A DNA stretch of 32,000 bases from Methanobacteriaceae archaeon (GCA_003558085.1 PWMT01000127.1:670-32669), one strand, 5' to 3'; counted from the stretch's first letter, positions 10,724-21,700 are shown. Numbers and translations: made by a program. The notes: generated from the letters alone by a model not told the origin.

Positions 10724-10978
10724 GAGATAATTTAAGGAAAATTTAAAAAAACTGGTTTTACTAACTTTATTTGATTATTTGTATTGCACAGGGGAGTGGT
10801 TTATAAAACTAAAAGTTGCACAACTTTGCCTTAGGAATTATTATTTTTCCGGGGTTAAACTTTTCTATGATATTTTAAATTAAGTAAGGTTGATGTATTC
10901 ATGCTACAAATATCAGGGAAAAGATTTGGATAATTTATAGTTATAAATCAATACTGCAACTTCTTTCCCTTTTTTAAA

Positions 10979-10996
10979 GGAAAGCTTTATAAATAT
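10979..10996 (+). promoter_or_regulatory. candidate BRE/TATA promoter for secE
   Basis: GGAAAGCTTTATAAATAT is a purine-rich BRE-like stretch followed by TTTATAAATA, about 80 nt upstream of the secE ATG. Confidence 0.4.
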
Positions 10997-11075
10997 GTAA
11001 AATAACTAGTATACCATCTGTTTAAAATTAAATTATTACATTCCTTATTTTTATTATTTATTAGGTAGGGATTTT

Positions 11076-11255
11076 ATGAATTTAAAAGAATCTATTCACC
11101 GTTTTCTAAAACAATGTAAAAGAGTATTGCTGGTTTCAAAAAAGCCTGATAAATTTGAGTTTACCAATGTAGCCAAAGTAACAGGTATAGGAATAATAAT
11201 TATAGGTGTTATAGGTTTTATAATTACAATTTCTGCTCAATTGTTAGGTGGTTAA
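11076..11255 (+). CDS. secE: protein translocase subunit SecE (Sec61-gamma)
   Basis: 59-aa ORF, absent from the ORF track. It reads MNLKESIHRFLKQCKRVLLVSKKPDKFEFTNVAKVTGIGIIIIGVIGFIITISAQLLGG: a basic KP-containing N-terminus, one C-terminal TM helix, and the conserved position upstream of spt5-rpl11. Confidence 0.75.
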   Translation: MNLKESIHRFLKQCKRVLLVSKKPDKFEFTNVAKVTGIGIIIIGVIGFIITISAQLLGG

Positions 11256-11413
11256 AAATAGTTATTAAAATAGGTTATAGATGTCCCAAAAATTATTAAT
11301 TACTAAATAATAAAACAAATAATATATAAGAAATTAAATTAATCATTAATTTAATTATTTTAAAGATCTTATTTCAAAATATAATATCTGGTCGGCATAG
11401 GATTAAGAAAAAA

Positions 11414-11429
11414 CTTTTCTTTTATAATT
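11414..11429 (+). promoter_or_regulatory. candidate TATA box for the spt5-rpl11 transcription unit
   Basis: CTTTTCTTTTATAATT is preceded by the A-rich AAGAAAAAA and lies about 70-80 nt upstream of the spt5 start. Confidence 0.3.
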
Positions 11430-11496
11430 TATTAGAATCCTTTTTTAATCCCATATTAAGACCAATGACCAAGCCTATGGAATTATATATAAGGTT

Positions 11497-11973
11497 GTGT
11501 GGTTAATGGAAGATAGTACAAACTCCATGTATGCTCTCAAGACCTCAGTGGGTCAGGAGAAAAATGTGGCTAGAATGTTAGCTAGAAAAGTTAAAGATAG
11601 TGGTATTGAAATTAACGCTATTTTAATACCGGAATCATTAAAAGGCTATGTTTTGGTTGAGTCCTCCTCCAAGATTGATATGCAAAATCCTGCTTTAAAG
11701 GTGCCTCATTTAAGGGGTATGGTGGAGGGTAAAACTCAAATAACCTTTGATGAAATAAAAAGATTCCTAAAACCAGAACCCATTATTGCTTCGATTAAGA
11801 AGGGAAGTATTGTGGAATTAATATCTGGTCCTTTTAAGGGAGAAAAAGCTAAAGTAGTACGTATTGATGAATCTAAGGAAGATGTGGTTTTAGAACTTAT
11901 TGAAGCTGCAGTTCCAATTCCGGTTACAGTTAAAGGTGATCAAATTAGAATAATACAAAAGGAGGCAGATTAA
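11497..11973 (+). CDS. spt5: transcription elongation factor Spt5 (archaeal NusG)
   Basis: NGN domain ([17 protein letters not shown]) and KOW motif ([22 protein letters not shown]). The start may be ATG 11506 rather than GTG 11497. The stop overlaps the rpl11 ATG by 1 nt. Confidence 0.9.
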   Translation: MWLMEDSTNSMYALKTSVGQEKNVARMLARKVKDSGIEINAILIPESLKGYVLVESSSKIDMQNPALKVPHLRGMVEGKTQITFDEIKRFLKPEPIIASIKKGSIVELISGPFKGEKAKVVRIDESKEDVVLELIEAAVPIPVTVKGDQIRIIQKEAD

Positions 11974-12455
11974 TGGCTAAAGATACCGTTGAAATTCTTA
12001 TTGATGGTGGAAAAGCCACTCCAGGACCGCCTTTGGGTCCTGCGATTGGTCCGTTAGGATTAAATATGATGCAAGTAGTAGAGCAAATCAATAGTAAAAC
12101 TTCTGATTTTTCTGGCATGAAAGTACCTGTTAAAATTATTGTAGATACAGACACTAAGGAATTTGAAATAGAAGTAGGTACCCCTCCTACTACAGCCTTA
12201 ATTATGGATGAATTAAATATTGAAAAAGCCTCCCAGGATCCTGGGATGGATAAGGTGTCAGATTTATCCATGGAACAATCATTGAAGATTGCTCGAATGA
12301 AATTTAATACTCTCTTATCTGATGATTATAAAAGCGCGGTTAAAGAAGTCTTAGGAACTTGTGTCAGTATGGGAATAACCGTTGAAGGTAAAGATCCCCG
12401 AGAAGTCCAAGAGGAGATTGATCAAGGCGCACATGATAATGTCTTGCTTGCATAA
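11973..12455 (+). CDS. rpl11: 50S ribosomal protein L11 (uL11)
   Basis: [20 protein letters not shown] motif and conserved operon position. Confidence 0.95.
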   Translation: MAKDTVEILIDGGKATPGPPLGPAIGPLGLNMMQVVEQINSKTSDFSGMKVPVKIIVDTDTKEFEIEVGTPPTTALIMDELNIEKASQDPGMDKVSDLSMEQSLKIARMKFNTLLSDDYKSAVKEVLGTCVSMGITVEGKDPREVQEEIDQGAHDNVLLA

Positions 12456-12542
12456 TTTAATTACTTATGAGGGAATAATAATTTAAAATAAAATATTTAC
12501 CTTATTTTGAACTTTTTATCTAAAAGTTCATGGAGGAATTAT

Positions 12543-13181
12543 ATGAAACAAGAGATATTGGAAGCAGTGAAGGAGGCTAAAGAACATTCCCAGCCGAGAA
12601 ACTTCACACAATCTATGGACGTGATCATCACGATCCAGGATTTAGATATCAATAAACCAGAGAATAGATTTGAAGAGGAAGTTTCTCTACCACATGGACG
12701 CGGAAAAGATGTAAATATTGCTTTTATCGCTGATGGTGAACTGGCTGTTCAAGCTAAAAATGCTGGTGCAGATTTAATTATAAACAAGGAAGATTTAGAA
12801 GAGCTGGGAAAAGACAGAAAAGCAGCTAAAAAGATGGCTAGTAGATACAATTTTTTTGTAGCTCAGGCAGATTTTATGCCCCTGGTTGGTAGATTTTTAG
12901 GTCCGGTCTTAGGACCAAGGAAAAAAATGCCTAAACCAGTACCAGCCAATATTAAACCAGACCCCATACTGGGAAGGTTAAAAAATACAGTCAAAGTCAG
13001 AATAAAAGACCAACCTGTAATCCAAACCATGGTCGGAACTCAAGATATGGATGCAGAGATGATTGCAGAAAATATCGATGCAATTCTGGGAATACTTGAC
13101 CAGAACTTAGAAAAAGGACGAAATCAAATAAAAACCATGTATATTAAGACCACTATGGGTCCTGTAGTGAAGGTGATATAG
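12543..13181 (+). CDS. rpl1: 50S ribosomal protein L1 (uL1)
   Basis: AVKEAKE..PRNFTQS N-terminus and GPRKKMPKP segment. GGAGG lies 6 nt before ATG 12543. The TTG at 12507 in the ORF track is an unlikely 12-codon extension. Confidence 0.95.
   Translation: MKQEILEAVKEAKEHSQPRNFTQSMDVIITIQDLDINKPENRFEEEVSLPHGRGKDVNIAFIADGELAVQAKNAGADLIINKEDLEELGKDRKAAKKMASRYNFFVAQADFMPLVGRFLGPVLGPRKKMPKPVPANIKPDPILGRLKNTVKVRIKDQPVIQTMVGTQDMDAEMIAENIDAILGILDQNLEKGRNQIKTMYIKTTMGPVVKVI
12567..12607 (+). promoter_or_regulatory. candidate L1 autoregulatory mRNA operator (mimic of the 23S rRNA L1 site) inside the 5' end of rpl1
   Basis: GUGAAG (12567..12572) pairs with CUUCAC (12602..12607). GGCU (12575..12578) pairs with AGCC (12592..12595). 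An asymmetric GA / GAGAAA internal loop separates the two helices. The string AGUGAAGGAGGCU...AGCCGAGAAACUUCAC matches, from memory, the Methanococcus L1 mRNA fragment used in L1-mRNA crystal structures. It begins 24 nt after the ATG. Confidence 0.55.
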
Positions 13182-14201
13182 ATGGCCCATGTAGCTCAAT
13201 GGAAAAAAGAAGAGGTTCAGGACCTTAAAGATTTAATTAAAGGATATCAAGTGGTGGGAATCGCTAATTTATCTGATATTCCTGCTAGACAACTGCAGAA
13301 AATGAGACAAAATCTGCGAAATAAAGCCACTATTCGCATGTCTAAGAAGAATTTAATCAATTTGGCTCTTTATGATTCTAATAAAGATAAAACCAAAATT
13401 GATACTCTTTCCAATTATATGGATGGTCAACCTGCTTTAATATTAACTGATATGAATCCTTTTAAATTATTTAAAATTTTAGAGGATAGTAAAACAGCTG
13501 CACCTGCTAAAGCTGGTGTTATTCCTACCGAAGATATAATAGTCCCTAAAGGTGACACTGGTTTTCCTCCAGGACCTTTTCTGGGTGAATTACAACAGGC
13601 AGGCATTTCTGCTAAGATTGATAAGGGTAAAATCGTGGTTCAAAATGATCAGGTAGTGGTAAAAGCCGGTGAAATAGTCTCATCTAAAATAGCTACAATT
13701 CTGACTCGTTTAGATATACAACCCTTGGAGGTAGGAATTGATCTAAGAGCAGCTTATGAAGAAGAAACTATTTATACGGCGGATCTTCTAACTATTGATG
13801 AAGATAAAACTCTTTCTGATGTTCAAAAAGCATTTGCTCAAGCATTCAACTTATCGGTTAATGCGGTTATTTACACTAAAGAGGCCATGCCGACGATCAT
13901 ACAAAATGCAGCATCCAAGACTCTGAACCTGGCATTTAACGCATCCATCTTAACTTCTAAAACTACAGAAATGTTATTATCTAAAGGTTACTCTCAAATG
14001 TTAGCCTTAGTGAGTGAAATACCTGCAGATTCTGATGCTCTGGATGAGGAACTTAGGCAAAAACTGGCAAGTACAGCTAGTCAAGAAAAGGCGGTTGAAG
14101 ACAAAAAAGTAGAAAAGCCTGAAGACGATGAAGACGATGAAGAAACTGAAGAAGAAACTGAAGAAGATGCAGCAGCCGGTCTAGGGGCTCTATTTGGTTG
14201 A
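13182..14201 (+). CDS. rplP0: 50S ribosomal stalk protein P0 (uL10)
   Basis: Stalk protein with an acidic tail ending [10 protein letters not shown]. The ATG directly follows the L1 TAG. The stop is TGA at 14199..14201. Confidence 0.95.
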   Translation: MAHVAQWKKEEVQDLKDLIKGYQVVGIANLSDIPARQLQKMRQNLRNKATIRMSKKNLINLALYDSNKDKTKIDTLSNYMDGQPALILTDMNPFKLFKILEDSKTAAPAKAGVIPTEDIIVPKGDTGFPPGPFLGELQQAGISAKIDKGKIVVQNDQVVVKAGEIVSSKIATILTRLDIQPLEVGIDLRAAYEEETIYTADLLTIDEDKTLSDVQKAFAQAFNLSVNAVIYTKEAMPTIIQNAASKTLNLAFNASILTSKTTEMLLSKGYSQMLALVSEIPADSDALDEELRQKLASTASQEKAVEDKKVEKPEDDEDDEETEEETEEDAAAGLGALFG

Positions 14202-14284
14202 AAAAAAAATTGATAAAATTTTGATCTATGTAAATAAATATTTTAAGCTAAATTTAATTTGATTATGAGAAATGAGGTGATCAT

Positions 14285-14593
14285 ATGGAATACATATATG
14301 CAGCAATGTTATTGCACACTACTGGTGAGGAAATTAATGAAGAAAATGTTAAAAAAGTTTTAGAAGCAGCTGGTGCCGAAGCAGATGATGCTAGAATTAA
14401 AGCATTAATCGCAGCACTTGAAGATGTAGATATCGAAGAAGCTATGGAGAAAACTGCAGTAGCTACTTCCGCTGCTCCTAGTGCAGCAGCCCCTGCAACT
14501 GAAGAATCAGAGGAAGAGGAAGAAGAGGAAGAAGAGGAAGAAGAGGAAGAGGAAGAAGAAGCTGCCGCTGGTTTAGGCGCTCTCTTTGGTTAA
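14285..14593 (+). CDS. rpl12: 50S ribosomal stalk protein P1 (archaeal L12)
   Basis: [12 protein letters not shown]-terminus, Ala/Glu-rich hinge and the [10 protein letters not shown] tail. SD GAGGTGAT lies 3 nt before the ATG. Confidence 0.95.
   Translation: MEYIYAAMLLHTTGEEINEENVKKVLEAAGAEADDARIKALIAALEDVDIEEAMEKTAVATSAAPSAAAPATEESEEEEEEEEEEEEEEEEEAAAGLGALFG
14510..14560 (+). repeat. imperfect GAG/GAA 9-mer microsatellite encoding 17 consecutive glutamates in P1
   Basis: Direct reading gives gag gaa gag gaa gaa gag gaa gaa gag gaa gaa gag gaa gag gaa gaa gaa. Confidence 0.9.
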
Positions 14594-14601
14594 CATTCTT
14601 C

Positions 14602-14647
14602 TTTTTTTATTTTTTTTATTAAAAATTTAAAGTACTTATTTTTTTTT
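14602..14647 (+). terminator. oligo-T termination region after the ribosomal protein operon
   Basis: T7 (14602..14608), T8 (14610..14617) and T9 (14639..14647) fall within 55 nt of the P1 stop. Archaeal RNA polymerase terminates at oligo-T tracts. Confidence 0.45.
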
Positions 14648-14864
14648 ATCAAGAATACTCTATTTTTAATTTAATTAATTTTATTTAAATCAAGCCTTTA
14701 AAGCTTATTAGGATAATTAATAAATCAAATAAGTTTGAATAATAGGATTAACTATAGGCTCTAAAATTATTTTAATAAAAAAGTTTTTTTAATGATAATA
14801 TAAACCTATAAACAAATTCTTTAATTTCTGAATTTAAAAATTAATAACTCTTCGATGGATTAAT

Positions 14865-17561
14865 ATGTCTAAACAGTTAAAAGAACTTGGATATATAAAG
14901 AAAAAGTGTGTAAGTTGTGGGAATGATTTTTGGTCTTTAAACGAGCGTTATACTTGTGGGGATGCTCCCTGTGATAAGTATGAATTTATTGGAAACCCTG
15001 CAACCTCAAAAAAATATGATCTATATGAAATTCAAAACGTTTTCCAGAAATTTTTCCAGCAGCATAACCACACTATAATACCCCGTTATCCGGTGCTGGC
15101 TAAACGTTGGAGAGATGATGTTTTTTTAGTAGGGGCTTCGATTTATAATTTCCAGCCATGGGTAACCTCTGGACTGGTAGAACCTCCAGCTAATCCCTTA
15201 GTAGTAGCCCAACCCTCTATTCGACTAAATGATGTGGATAATGTTGGTCGCACCGGTAGACATATGACCTGTTTTACTATGGGGGGTCATCATGCCTTCA
15301 ACAGTCCAGAAAATCAAGTATACTGGGAAGATGAGACAATTAAATATTGTCATGATTTCATTAAGCATATTGGTATTAATCCTGAAGAAATAAGTTTTAT
15401 TGAATCATGGTGGGAGGGTGGAGGAAATGCAGGTCCTTGTTATGAGGTATGTGTAAGGGGAGTAGAATTAGCCACCCTAGTTTTTATCCAATATAAAACT
15501 TTAAATGATGGAAAAAAGGAAGAAATACCCTTAAAAATTGTTGATACAGGTTATGGGCTGGAAAGATTTGCTTGGATATCCCAGGGAACACCTACAGCTT
15601 ATGATGCTTCCTTCGGGCCAGTTGTAAATCAAATTAAAGATTTGGCTGGAGTGAATGTTAATCAGGAAATATTGGCTGAAAATGCTCAAGTAGCAGGTAT
15701 GATGGATATAGAAACATTCGCAGATCTTAGAAAACTTAGAGAAAAAGTAGCAGATCGTTTAGGAATTTCATTAGAACGATTAATAAAATCTGCCGAGCCT
15801 ATGGAGGCAGTTTATATTATCGCTGATCATACACGATGTTTAGCCTTTATGCTAGCTGATGGAGTTATTCCATCTAATGTAAAAGAGGGTTATTTGGCAC
15901 GTCTGGTTTTAAGAAGAACCATTCGTTTTATAAAAGATCTGGAAATGGATGCATCTTTGAGCGATATTATGCAGCTTCAATCTGATTTTCTAGCCAATCA
16001 TTATCCTGAAATAAAAAATCATCAGGAGCATCTACAAGAAATTATTGCTTTAGAAGAAAAAAGATATGCTAAAACAGTTTCAAAAGGAATTAATAAGGTT
16101 AAAAAAACCATAAATTATCTTAAAAAACAAAATAAAAAAGAAATTCCTCTAGATCTTTTAATAAAACTCTATGACTCTCATGGAATCCCTCCAGAGACGA
16201 TAAAAGAAATTGCTGAGGATGAAAATTTCCCGATTAAAATTCCGGATAATTTTTATACCTTAGTAGCTAGTGAACATGAACAAGAAATAAAGGCAGAAGA
16301 ATCATTTCATCTGAATTTTGAACTTACAAAAATCTTATTTTATGATAAACCGTATGAAACCAAATTTAGGGCCAGAATAATGGGTTCTTATGATGATAAA
16401 GTAATATTGGACCAAACCCTCTTCTATCCAGAAGGAGGAGGTCAGCCTTCAGATACTGGCTTTTTAAAACTTAATGGCATAGATTATAGAGTAACACATG
16501 CAGAAAAAGTTGATGATATAGTTTTGCATCACATTGATTCTGAAAAAATCTCTAAATTTGAAGAAGCAATTGGAAAGCAGATTGAAGGGACTATTGATTG
16601 GCAAAGACGCATTGCACTGGCCCAAAATCATACCGCCACTCACTTAATTGTATCCGCGGCTCGAAATATTTTAGGAGACCATATATGGCAAGTAGGAGCT
16701 CAAAAAGGTATTAAAAAATCACGTATTGATTTATCCCATTATAAACGAATCAGCACTTCAGAAGCTAATCAAATTGAAAAATTAGCTAATCACTATGTAA
16801 GGATGAATTCCAAGTTGAAGGTAAATTGGATGAATCGTAATCAAGCTGAGAAAAAATATGGCTTTATATTATATCAGGGAGGAGTAGTACCTGGTTCTAA
16901 AATTAGGATTATTGAAATTCCTCAGGTAGATGTACAGGCTTGTGCTGGAACCCATGTTTCTAGAACAGGAGACATTGGTTTAATAAAAATTAATAAAACT
17001 GAACGAATACAGGATGGAGTAGAACGTCTGGAGTTTTCAGCCGGAGAATCGGCAGTGGAATTAATGCAAGAAAATGATCTTTACTTAAGCAAAAGTGCTG
17101 AAATTTTTAAGGTTAACCACGATCAACTACCTAAAACTTGCTCTAGATTTTTCAATGAATGGAAAGCCTTTAAAAATGAGATCAGACGCCTTAAAGAACA
17201 GATTGCCACCTTGAAAACGGAATCATTAACTATAAAATCGATTAAAGTAGATAATTTTGAGGTTTTAATAGATATAATCGATGCTGATATGGCTGAAATG
17301 CAAAAAATAGCCTTGGATCTTGTAGATAATAAAATAGGAATGGATTTAGTTATAATAGGCAACTTTGAAGGTAAAATTGTGGGTTCTTCTTCTAAAAAAG
17401 CTATTAAACATGGTTTTAAAATTAATGAAATAATAAAAGAATCTGCATCTGTTTTAGGAGGGGGTGGGGGTGGTAGAGTGAATTTAGCACAAGGAGCTGG
17501 TCCTAATATTGAAAAAATGGATGAAGCTTTAGATCATGCTTTAAATCTAATTCAAAAATAA
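14865..17561 (+). CDS. alaS: alanine--tRNA ligase
   Basis: Archaeal-type AlaRS: WRDDVFLVGASIYNFQP, editing-domain HTATH...CAGTHV, C-terminal DHHA1-like GGGGGGR. Confidence 0.97.
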   Translation: MSKQLKELGYIKKKCVSCGNDFWSLNERYTCGDAPCDKYEFIGNPATSKKYDLYEIQNVFQKFFQQHNHTIIPRYPVLAKRWRDDVFLVGASIYNFQPWVTSGLVEPPANPLVVAQPSIRLNDVDNVGRTGRHMTCFTMGGHHAFNSPENQVYWEDETIKYCHDFIKHIGINPEEISFIESWWEGGGNAGPCYEVCVRGVELATLVFIQYKTLNDGKKEEIPLKIVDTGYGLERFAWISQGTPTAYDASFGPVVNQIKDLAGVNVNQEILAENAQVAGMMDIETFADLRKLREKVADRLGISLERLIKSAEPMEAVYIIADHTRCLAFMLADGVIPSNVKEGYLARLVLRRTIRFIKDLEMDASLSDIMQLQSDFLANHYPEIKNHQEHLQEIIALEEKRYAKTVSKGINKVKKTINYLKKQNKKEIPLDLLIKLYDSHGIPPETIKEIAEDENFPIKIPDNFYTLVASEHEQEIKAEESFHLNFELTKILFYDKPYETKFRARIMGSYDDKVILDQTLFYPEGGGQPSDTGFLKLNGIDYRVTHAEKVDDIVLHHIDSEKISKFEEAIGKQIEGTIDWQRRIALAQNHTATHLIVSAARNILGDHIWQVGAQKGIKKSRIDLSHYKRISTSEANQIEKLANHYVRMNSKLKVNWMNRNQAEKKYGFILYQGGVVPGSKIRIIEIPQVDVQACAGTHVSRTGDIGLIKINKTERIQDGVERLEFSAGESAVELMQENDLYLSKSAEIFKVNHDQLPKTCSRFFNEWKAFKNEIRRLKEQIATLKTESLTIKSIKVDNFEVLIDIIDADMAEMQKIALDLVDNKIGMDLVIIGNFEGKIVGSSSKKAIKHGFKINEIIKESASVLGGGGGGRVNLAQGAGPNIEKMDEALDHALNLIQK

Positions 17562-17697
17562 GCTCTGATTATAATTATTTTTATAAAATTTTCAAGTTTA
17601 ATAAGATGAATAAATAACCCTACAGGGTATAAAAAATAAATTTTCATATATCACATAGGGCTGAAATTTATTAGCATTAAAAAGTTTAGTGTACTTA

Positions 17698-18456
17698 TTA
17701 ATAACTTTTAGGAATTACCAGAGGGATTCCTTGAAAATTTTCAATTTCTACTTCTACCCCATAAGTTTCTTTGATTATATCTGGAGTTATGATGTCTCTT
17801 CCTCCAGCCGCAAATATTTGGCCTTCCTTCAATATTACAAATTTATCAGAATATCTAAGAGCTAGATTAATATCATGCATCACCACAACAGAAGCAATTT
17901 TATGTACTTTGCTAACCTCTCTTATTATTTCCATCACTTCTAGTTGATTTTTTAAATCTAAATCGCTGGTAGGTTCATCTAATAATAAAATCTTAGGATT
18001 TTGAACTAAAGCTCTGGCTAGAACCACTTTTTGAAGCTCTCCACCACTCAATTCATTAATATAACGCAGCGCATATTCTTCTAGATTCAATGTTTCCAAT
18101 ATATCTTCAGTTAATTTTATATCTTTTTTAGAAGCATCCCAACCCATATACGGTTTTCTACCCATCAATACAGCATCAAAAACAGTTAAAAATCCTCTTT
18201 CAGAACTTTGGGGAACATATCCGATTTTTTGGGCTACTTCTATCTCCTTCATTTTTTTCACATTTCTATCTTCCACCATTATAAGTCCCTGCTTGTATTT
18301 TAAGATCCGGTTTATACATTTCATTAAAGTAGATTTTCCTGAACCATTAACTCCTAATATCGATACAAGTTCTCCTTTTTTAACTTTGAAATTCACATCT
18401 AGAAGCACGGGATTGTTCTTATATGAAAATCCAATTTTTTCCACTGAAAGAATCAT
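17698..18456 (-). CDS. Fec/Btu-type (iron-chelate/corrinoid) ABC importer, ATP-binding subunit
   Basis: Walker [10 protein letters not shown], signature LSGGELQKV, Walker [13 protein letters not shown]-loop MHD. Typical FepC/BtuD length. Confidence 0.9.
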   Translation of the reverse strand: MILSVEKIGFSYKNNPVLLDVNFKVKKGELVSILGVNGSGKSTLMKCINRILKYKQGLIMVEDRNVKKMKEIEVAQKIGYVPQSSERGFLTVFDAVLMGRKPYMGWDASKKDIKLTEDILETLNLEEYALRYINELSGGELQKVVLARALVQNPKILLLDEPTSDLDLKNQLEVMEIIREVSKVHKIASVVVMHDINLALRYSDKFVILKEGQIFAAGGRDIITPDIIKETYGVEVEIENFQGIPLVIPKSY

Positions 18457-18458
18457 TT

Positions 18459-19517
18459 TTATCGCCTCATTTTCATAATTATATAAAGAAACATCGGTGC
18501 TCCCATAAAAGCAGTAACAATACCCACCGGTAATACTATGGGAGAAATAATAGATCTGGCAGCCGTATCTGATATTAACAATATTAAGGCACCTAAGAGA
18601 GCTGAACTTGGAATCAAAAATCGATGATCATTTCCTATAATTCTTCTCATGATATGGGGAGATATTAAGCTTACGAAACCGATAACTCCCAGAAACGCTA
18701 CAGTGAGTGCGGACGTAAAGGAAGTTATCAGCATTCCCTGCAACCGCAAACTATGGGTATTCACTCCCAGACTTTGTGCTGTTTCTTCTCCACTTTCAAG
18801 ACTATTATAATCCCAAGCATGATACAAGAAATATAATAGAACCGGCATTAAAAATATAATCATAATCCATAAGTCATTCCATACTGCTCGTTCCACATCT
18901 CCAAATGTCCAAAATATAGTTGCCGCTAACTGGGTTTCAGTTGCAAAATACTGTAGAAACATGGTTCCTGCAGAAAATAAAGCACTCATAGCAACCCCTG
19001 CCAGTATCATAACCTCTGGAGTAACATTTCTAACCCTTGCTACTAAAAGAATGGCAATAACACCAATAATAGCACCTAAAAATCCGGCTAAAACAGTTAA
19101 GTAAGGATTGTTAACCATAACTGCATGTGCTTGTGTACTATGCAATGTTCCAGCTCCAAGTACTATTATAGCAAATGCAGCACCAAATGCAGCACCTTGC
19201 GATATTCCCATCGTATATGGGCTGGCTAAAGGATTTCTAAGAACAGATTGCATAACAGATCCTTCCATACCCATGTAAAAACCCGCTACTAGGGCCGCGA
19301 GTATTCTTGGTATTCTTATATTCCATATAATGGAAGAACCTGGAGCATCACTATTTAATAAACCATGTATAATATCATATATTGATAAATCCGCAGCACC
19401 TACTTTAATAGCACCAATAACAGATACAATTAATAATATAATTAAAAAAAAGGCAATCAACACTTTTTTTTTAGTATAAACTTCATATAATTTTGCTGAA
19501 CTATTTCTGAAATTCAA
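18459..19517 (-). CDS. FecCD/BtuC-family ABC importer permease
   Basis: About 10 predicted TM helices with FecCD hallmarks: [55 protein letters not shown] start immediately after the upstream gene's TAA. Confidence 0.9.
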   Translation of the reverse strand: MNFRNSSAKLYEVYTKKKVLIAFFLIILLIVSVIGAIKVGAADLSIYDIIHGLLNSDAPGSSIIWNIRIPRILAALVAGFYMGMEGSVMQSVLRNPLASPYTMGISQGAAFGAAFAIIVLGAGTLHSTQAHAVMVNNPYLTVLAGFLGAIIGVIAILLVARVRNVTPEVMILAGVAMSALFSAGTMFLQYFATETQLAATIFWTFGDVERAVWNDLWIMIIFLMPVLLYFLYHAWDYNSLESGEETAQSLGVNTHSLRLQGMLITSFTSALTVAFLGVIGFVSLISPHIMRRIIGNDHRFLIPSSALLGALILLISDTAARSIISPIVLPVGIVTAFMGAPMFLYIIMKMRR

Positions 19518-20567
19518 TTATCTCACTTTTTTTGCTATTATAATTTTATTTTTGGAAAAGGTGCCAAATGAAGGGTTTAAATGGCTTAAAGAATGTATGT
19601 CTAATATATCAAAGCCTAAATCTTCTAAAAACTTTATATATTCTTCAAAACTAAGATCACCTTGGAAACTGTATCTACTTTCTCCTTTCATAGACTTTTC
19701 AAAATTGGTAAAATTCCATTCTAAATTATCAAGAACTTCTTCTAGGGTAAAATTTTCATTTACAGGGAAATATTGCTTATTTATGAATAATCCGCTTAAA
19801 TTTAGAGAATTATAAATTTTTTTTGCAATTTCCGGATTTTTACCTCCGGGATTATAAGAAGAAAAAATTATATCATAGGTTCCAGCAAAATCGTCTTCAT
19901 AAAAATTTCCAGGAATTGTGTTTACCTCTGCATTATAATTTTTTATGTATTTACGGGTTTCCACTAAAACTTCAGGAAGATCGAATACATTGCATTCCAG
20001 GTCAGGATTAATTTTACTAAAGGCAATGGAATACATTCCGTGACCCCCTGCTAAGTCTAATAATCTCTTATATTTATAGAAATCTTCATATGAGCTAATT
20101 AAATCAATAGTATCCTGTAATTCCCCCACAACACAGTCTTCAGCCATTACTTGTATGATCTTAGGGAAAAAAGATTCTTCTTTTTTTTTTAAATTCCCCT
20201 GTAATGTATTGTTTAAATTATTCCATAATTCTGCATTTTCTTTTAGAGAAAGCATACTATTGATTCTACTATAAGCTGAATCAGATGTTAGGTATAACTG
20301 GCCAAGCTTTGAATTTTTATATAAATCCCCTTCCTTTTCAATCAAACCTATTTTTAAGAGTGCTTCCACTAGGTAGAATGAAAGCACCTTATCTATTTTA
20401 ATTTTTTTTGACAAATTATCCAGATTAACAGGCTGTTTTAGTTTATCAAAGATTCCCAGCTCAAGAGATGTTTCCAATATATTAAATATTTTAAGTCCAT
20501 TGAATGCGTTTTCTATTATTTCTTGTAATTTTTGATAGGGTATATCTGGCTGATCAGGAATATTCAT
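19518..20567 (-). CDS. family-2 O-methyltransferase-like SAM-dependent methyltransferase (N-terminal winged-helix/dimerisation domain plus class I MTase)
   Basis: [15 protein letters not shown]....[10 protein letters not shown] matches the OMT family-2 pattern vDvGGG.G...........fDLP.V. The N-terminal ~100 aa resemble the helical dimerisation/wHTH domain of these enzymes. Confidence 0.65.
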   Translation of the reverse strand: MNIPDQPDIPYQKLQEIIENAFNGLKIFNILETSLELGIFDKLKQPVNLDNLSKKIKIDKVLSFYLVEALLKIGLIEKEGDLYKNSKLGQLYLTSDSAYSRINSMLSLKENAELWNNLNNTLQGNLKKKEESFFPKIIQVMAEDCVVGELQDTIDLISSYEDFYKYKRLLDLAGGHGMYSIAFSKINPDLECNVFDLPEVLVETRKYIKNYNAEVNTIPGNFYEDDFAGTYDIIFSSYNPGGKNPEIAKKIYNSLNLSGLFINKQYFPVNENFTLEEVLDNLEWNFTNFEKSMKGESRYSFQGDLSFEEYIKFLEDLGFDILDIHSLSHLNPSFGTFSKNKIIIAKKVR

Positions 20568-20593
20568 TTTATCACTCGCAAAAAAGAAAATTA

Positions 20594-21700
20594 TTAGAAA
20601 GTTAATCTTTTGTATCCACCTTGACTTATTTTTAACTCTTGGTAGACTGATTTACCTACGAATTTTTCAAATATTTCATCTGCTTTATCTTCTGGGTCTA
20701 TATCATTAAATTGATCAGGATATAGGACTGTTCCTAAGTAGTACGCATTGGCTAGCATCACATCTTTATTGTAACTATATAAACAATAGGCTAAAACACC
20801 ATATACTCTATTATTTTGCACTGCTTTTAGATTTTTATATTCCGGATTTCGGTTTATATCATTATTAACTGATTCCAAACTAGACTGTTCGATTATGATC
20901 ACTTCTGGATCCCACTTTAGTAATTGTTCTTTATCAATTTGAATGGCTTTGGATGTATCACTAATATCTAGACTACTGGCCACGTTTTCCACGTTCAACA
21001 TATTTAAAGGTGGATAGAACGGGTTGGTCGAGGTTAAACCCTGGGAACCTCTATAAGCTTGGCCTCCTAAATATATATTTTCTAAAGCTGGAGACTCGCC
21101 TTGGGTTCTTTTATTCAAGTCTTCTTCAAGAGAATTGATATACTGAATTAAGTCTTCGGCTCTTTCTTCTTTATTCATTATTTTACCCATTAATTTTAAA
21201 GAATCTACATATTGTTCCATTTGTTCTTCTGTGCCCACCGGACCAGTATAAACTACCACGGTGGGTATTCCAGTTTTAGTTTGAATATTATCTGCTTGTT
21301 TAGCGTCAGCAGCAAATACTACGTCGGGGTTTAGTTCTGCTATCTGTTCATAGTTAATAATGTTTTTACGTGCATCTCCTATAATGGGTAGTTCCATTAA
21401 CTCGGGATTAGCCACCATATAAGATAACATGTTCCCCCATCCACCAGCGGAATTAGTTTCAATCTGTTCTATTCCAACCATTTTATCTTTAGCATCTAAA
21501 TATACTATCTCTCTACCGGAACAACCAGTTCCAACTACTCTATTCACTTCTGATGGAACTTCTACATTTCTACCTGCAAGGTCTGTTATGGAGACAGATC
21601 CTATTCTTGCTTCTGCACCTTCTCCTAGAGAAAGATAGGTTATTATTCCACCAAATAATACGGTAATAATTATAATACTGGCTAATAATCTTTGATTTAT
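20594..21700 (-). CDS. Fec/Btu-type periplasmic(-like) substrate-binding protein with N-terminal signal anchor; apparent non-canonical ATA start
   Basis: Binding-protein body ([30 protein letters not shown]). The frame stays open upstream of the ORF-track GTG (21547) to 21712. That upstream stretch encodes [24 protein letters not shown] (TM helix) and [20 protein letters not shown] (the conserved first strand). SD AAGGTGGTGAT lies 3 nt before ATA 21700. Confidence 0.75.
   Translation of the reverse strand: MNQRLLASIIIITVLFGGIITYLSLGEGAEARIGSVSITDLAGRNVEVPSEVNRVVGTGCSGREIVYLDAKDKMVGIEQIETNSAGGWGNMLSYMVANPELMELPIIGDARKNIINYEQIAELNPDVVFAADAKQADNIQTKTGIPTVVVYTGPVGTEEQMEQYVDSLKLMGKIMNKEERAEDLIQYINSLEEDLNKRTQGESPALENIYLGGQAYRGSQGLTSTNPFYPPLNMLNVENVASSLDISDTSKAIQIDKEQLLKWDPEVIIIEQSSLESVNNDINRNPEYKNLKAVQNNRVYGVLAYCLYSYNKDVMLANAYYLGTVLYPDQFNDIDPEDKADEIFEKFVGKSVYQELKISQGGYKRLTF

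Noticed and set aside
10888-10940. Mini-ORFs in the Mur ligase-secE spacer (MYSCYKYQGKDLDNL and MLQISGKRFG)
   Set aside because: They are only 15 and 10 codons long, lack a properly spaced SD and overlap each other. There is no basis to call them peptides.
11399-11451. Long AT-rich inverted repeat (AGGATTAAGAAAAAA ... CCTTTTTTAATCC) between secE and spt5, considered as a leader or riboswitch-like hairpin
   Set aside because: The two arms straddle the best TATA-box candidate (11420..11429), so they would probably not be on one transcript. The pairing is almost purely A:T and is expected by chance in such AT-rich spacers.
19461-20192. A9/A10 homopolymer tracts inside the permease (about 19464..19473) and methyltransferase (about 20180..20190) coding regions, considered as phase-variation switches
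   Set aside because: They encode Lys-Lys-Lys runs, which are common in AT-rich genomes. Both genes are currently in frame, and nothing else suggests contingency behaviour.
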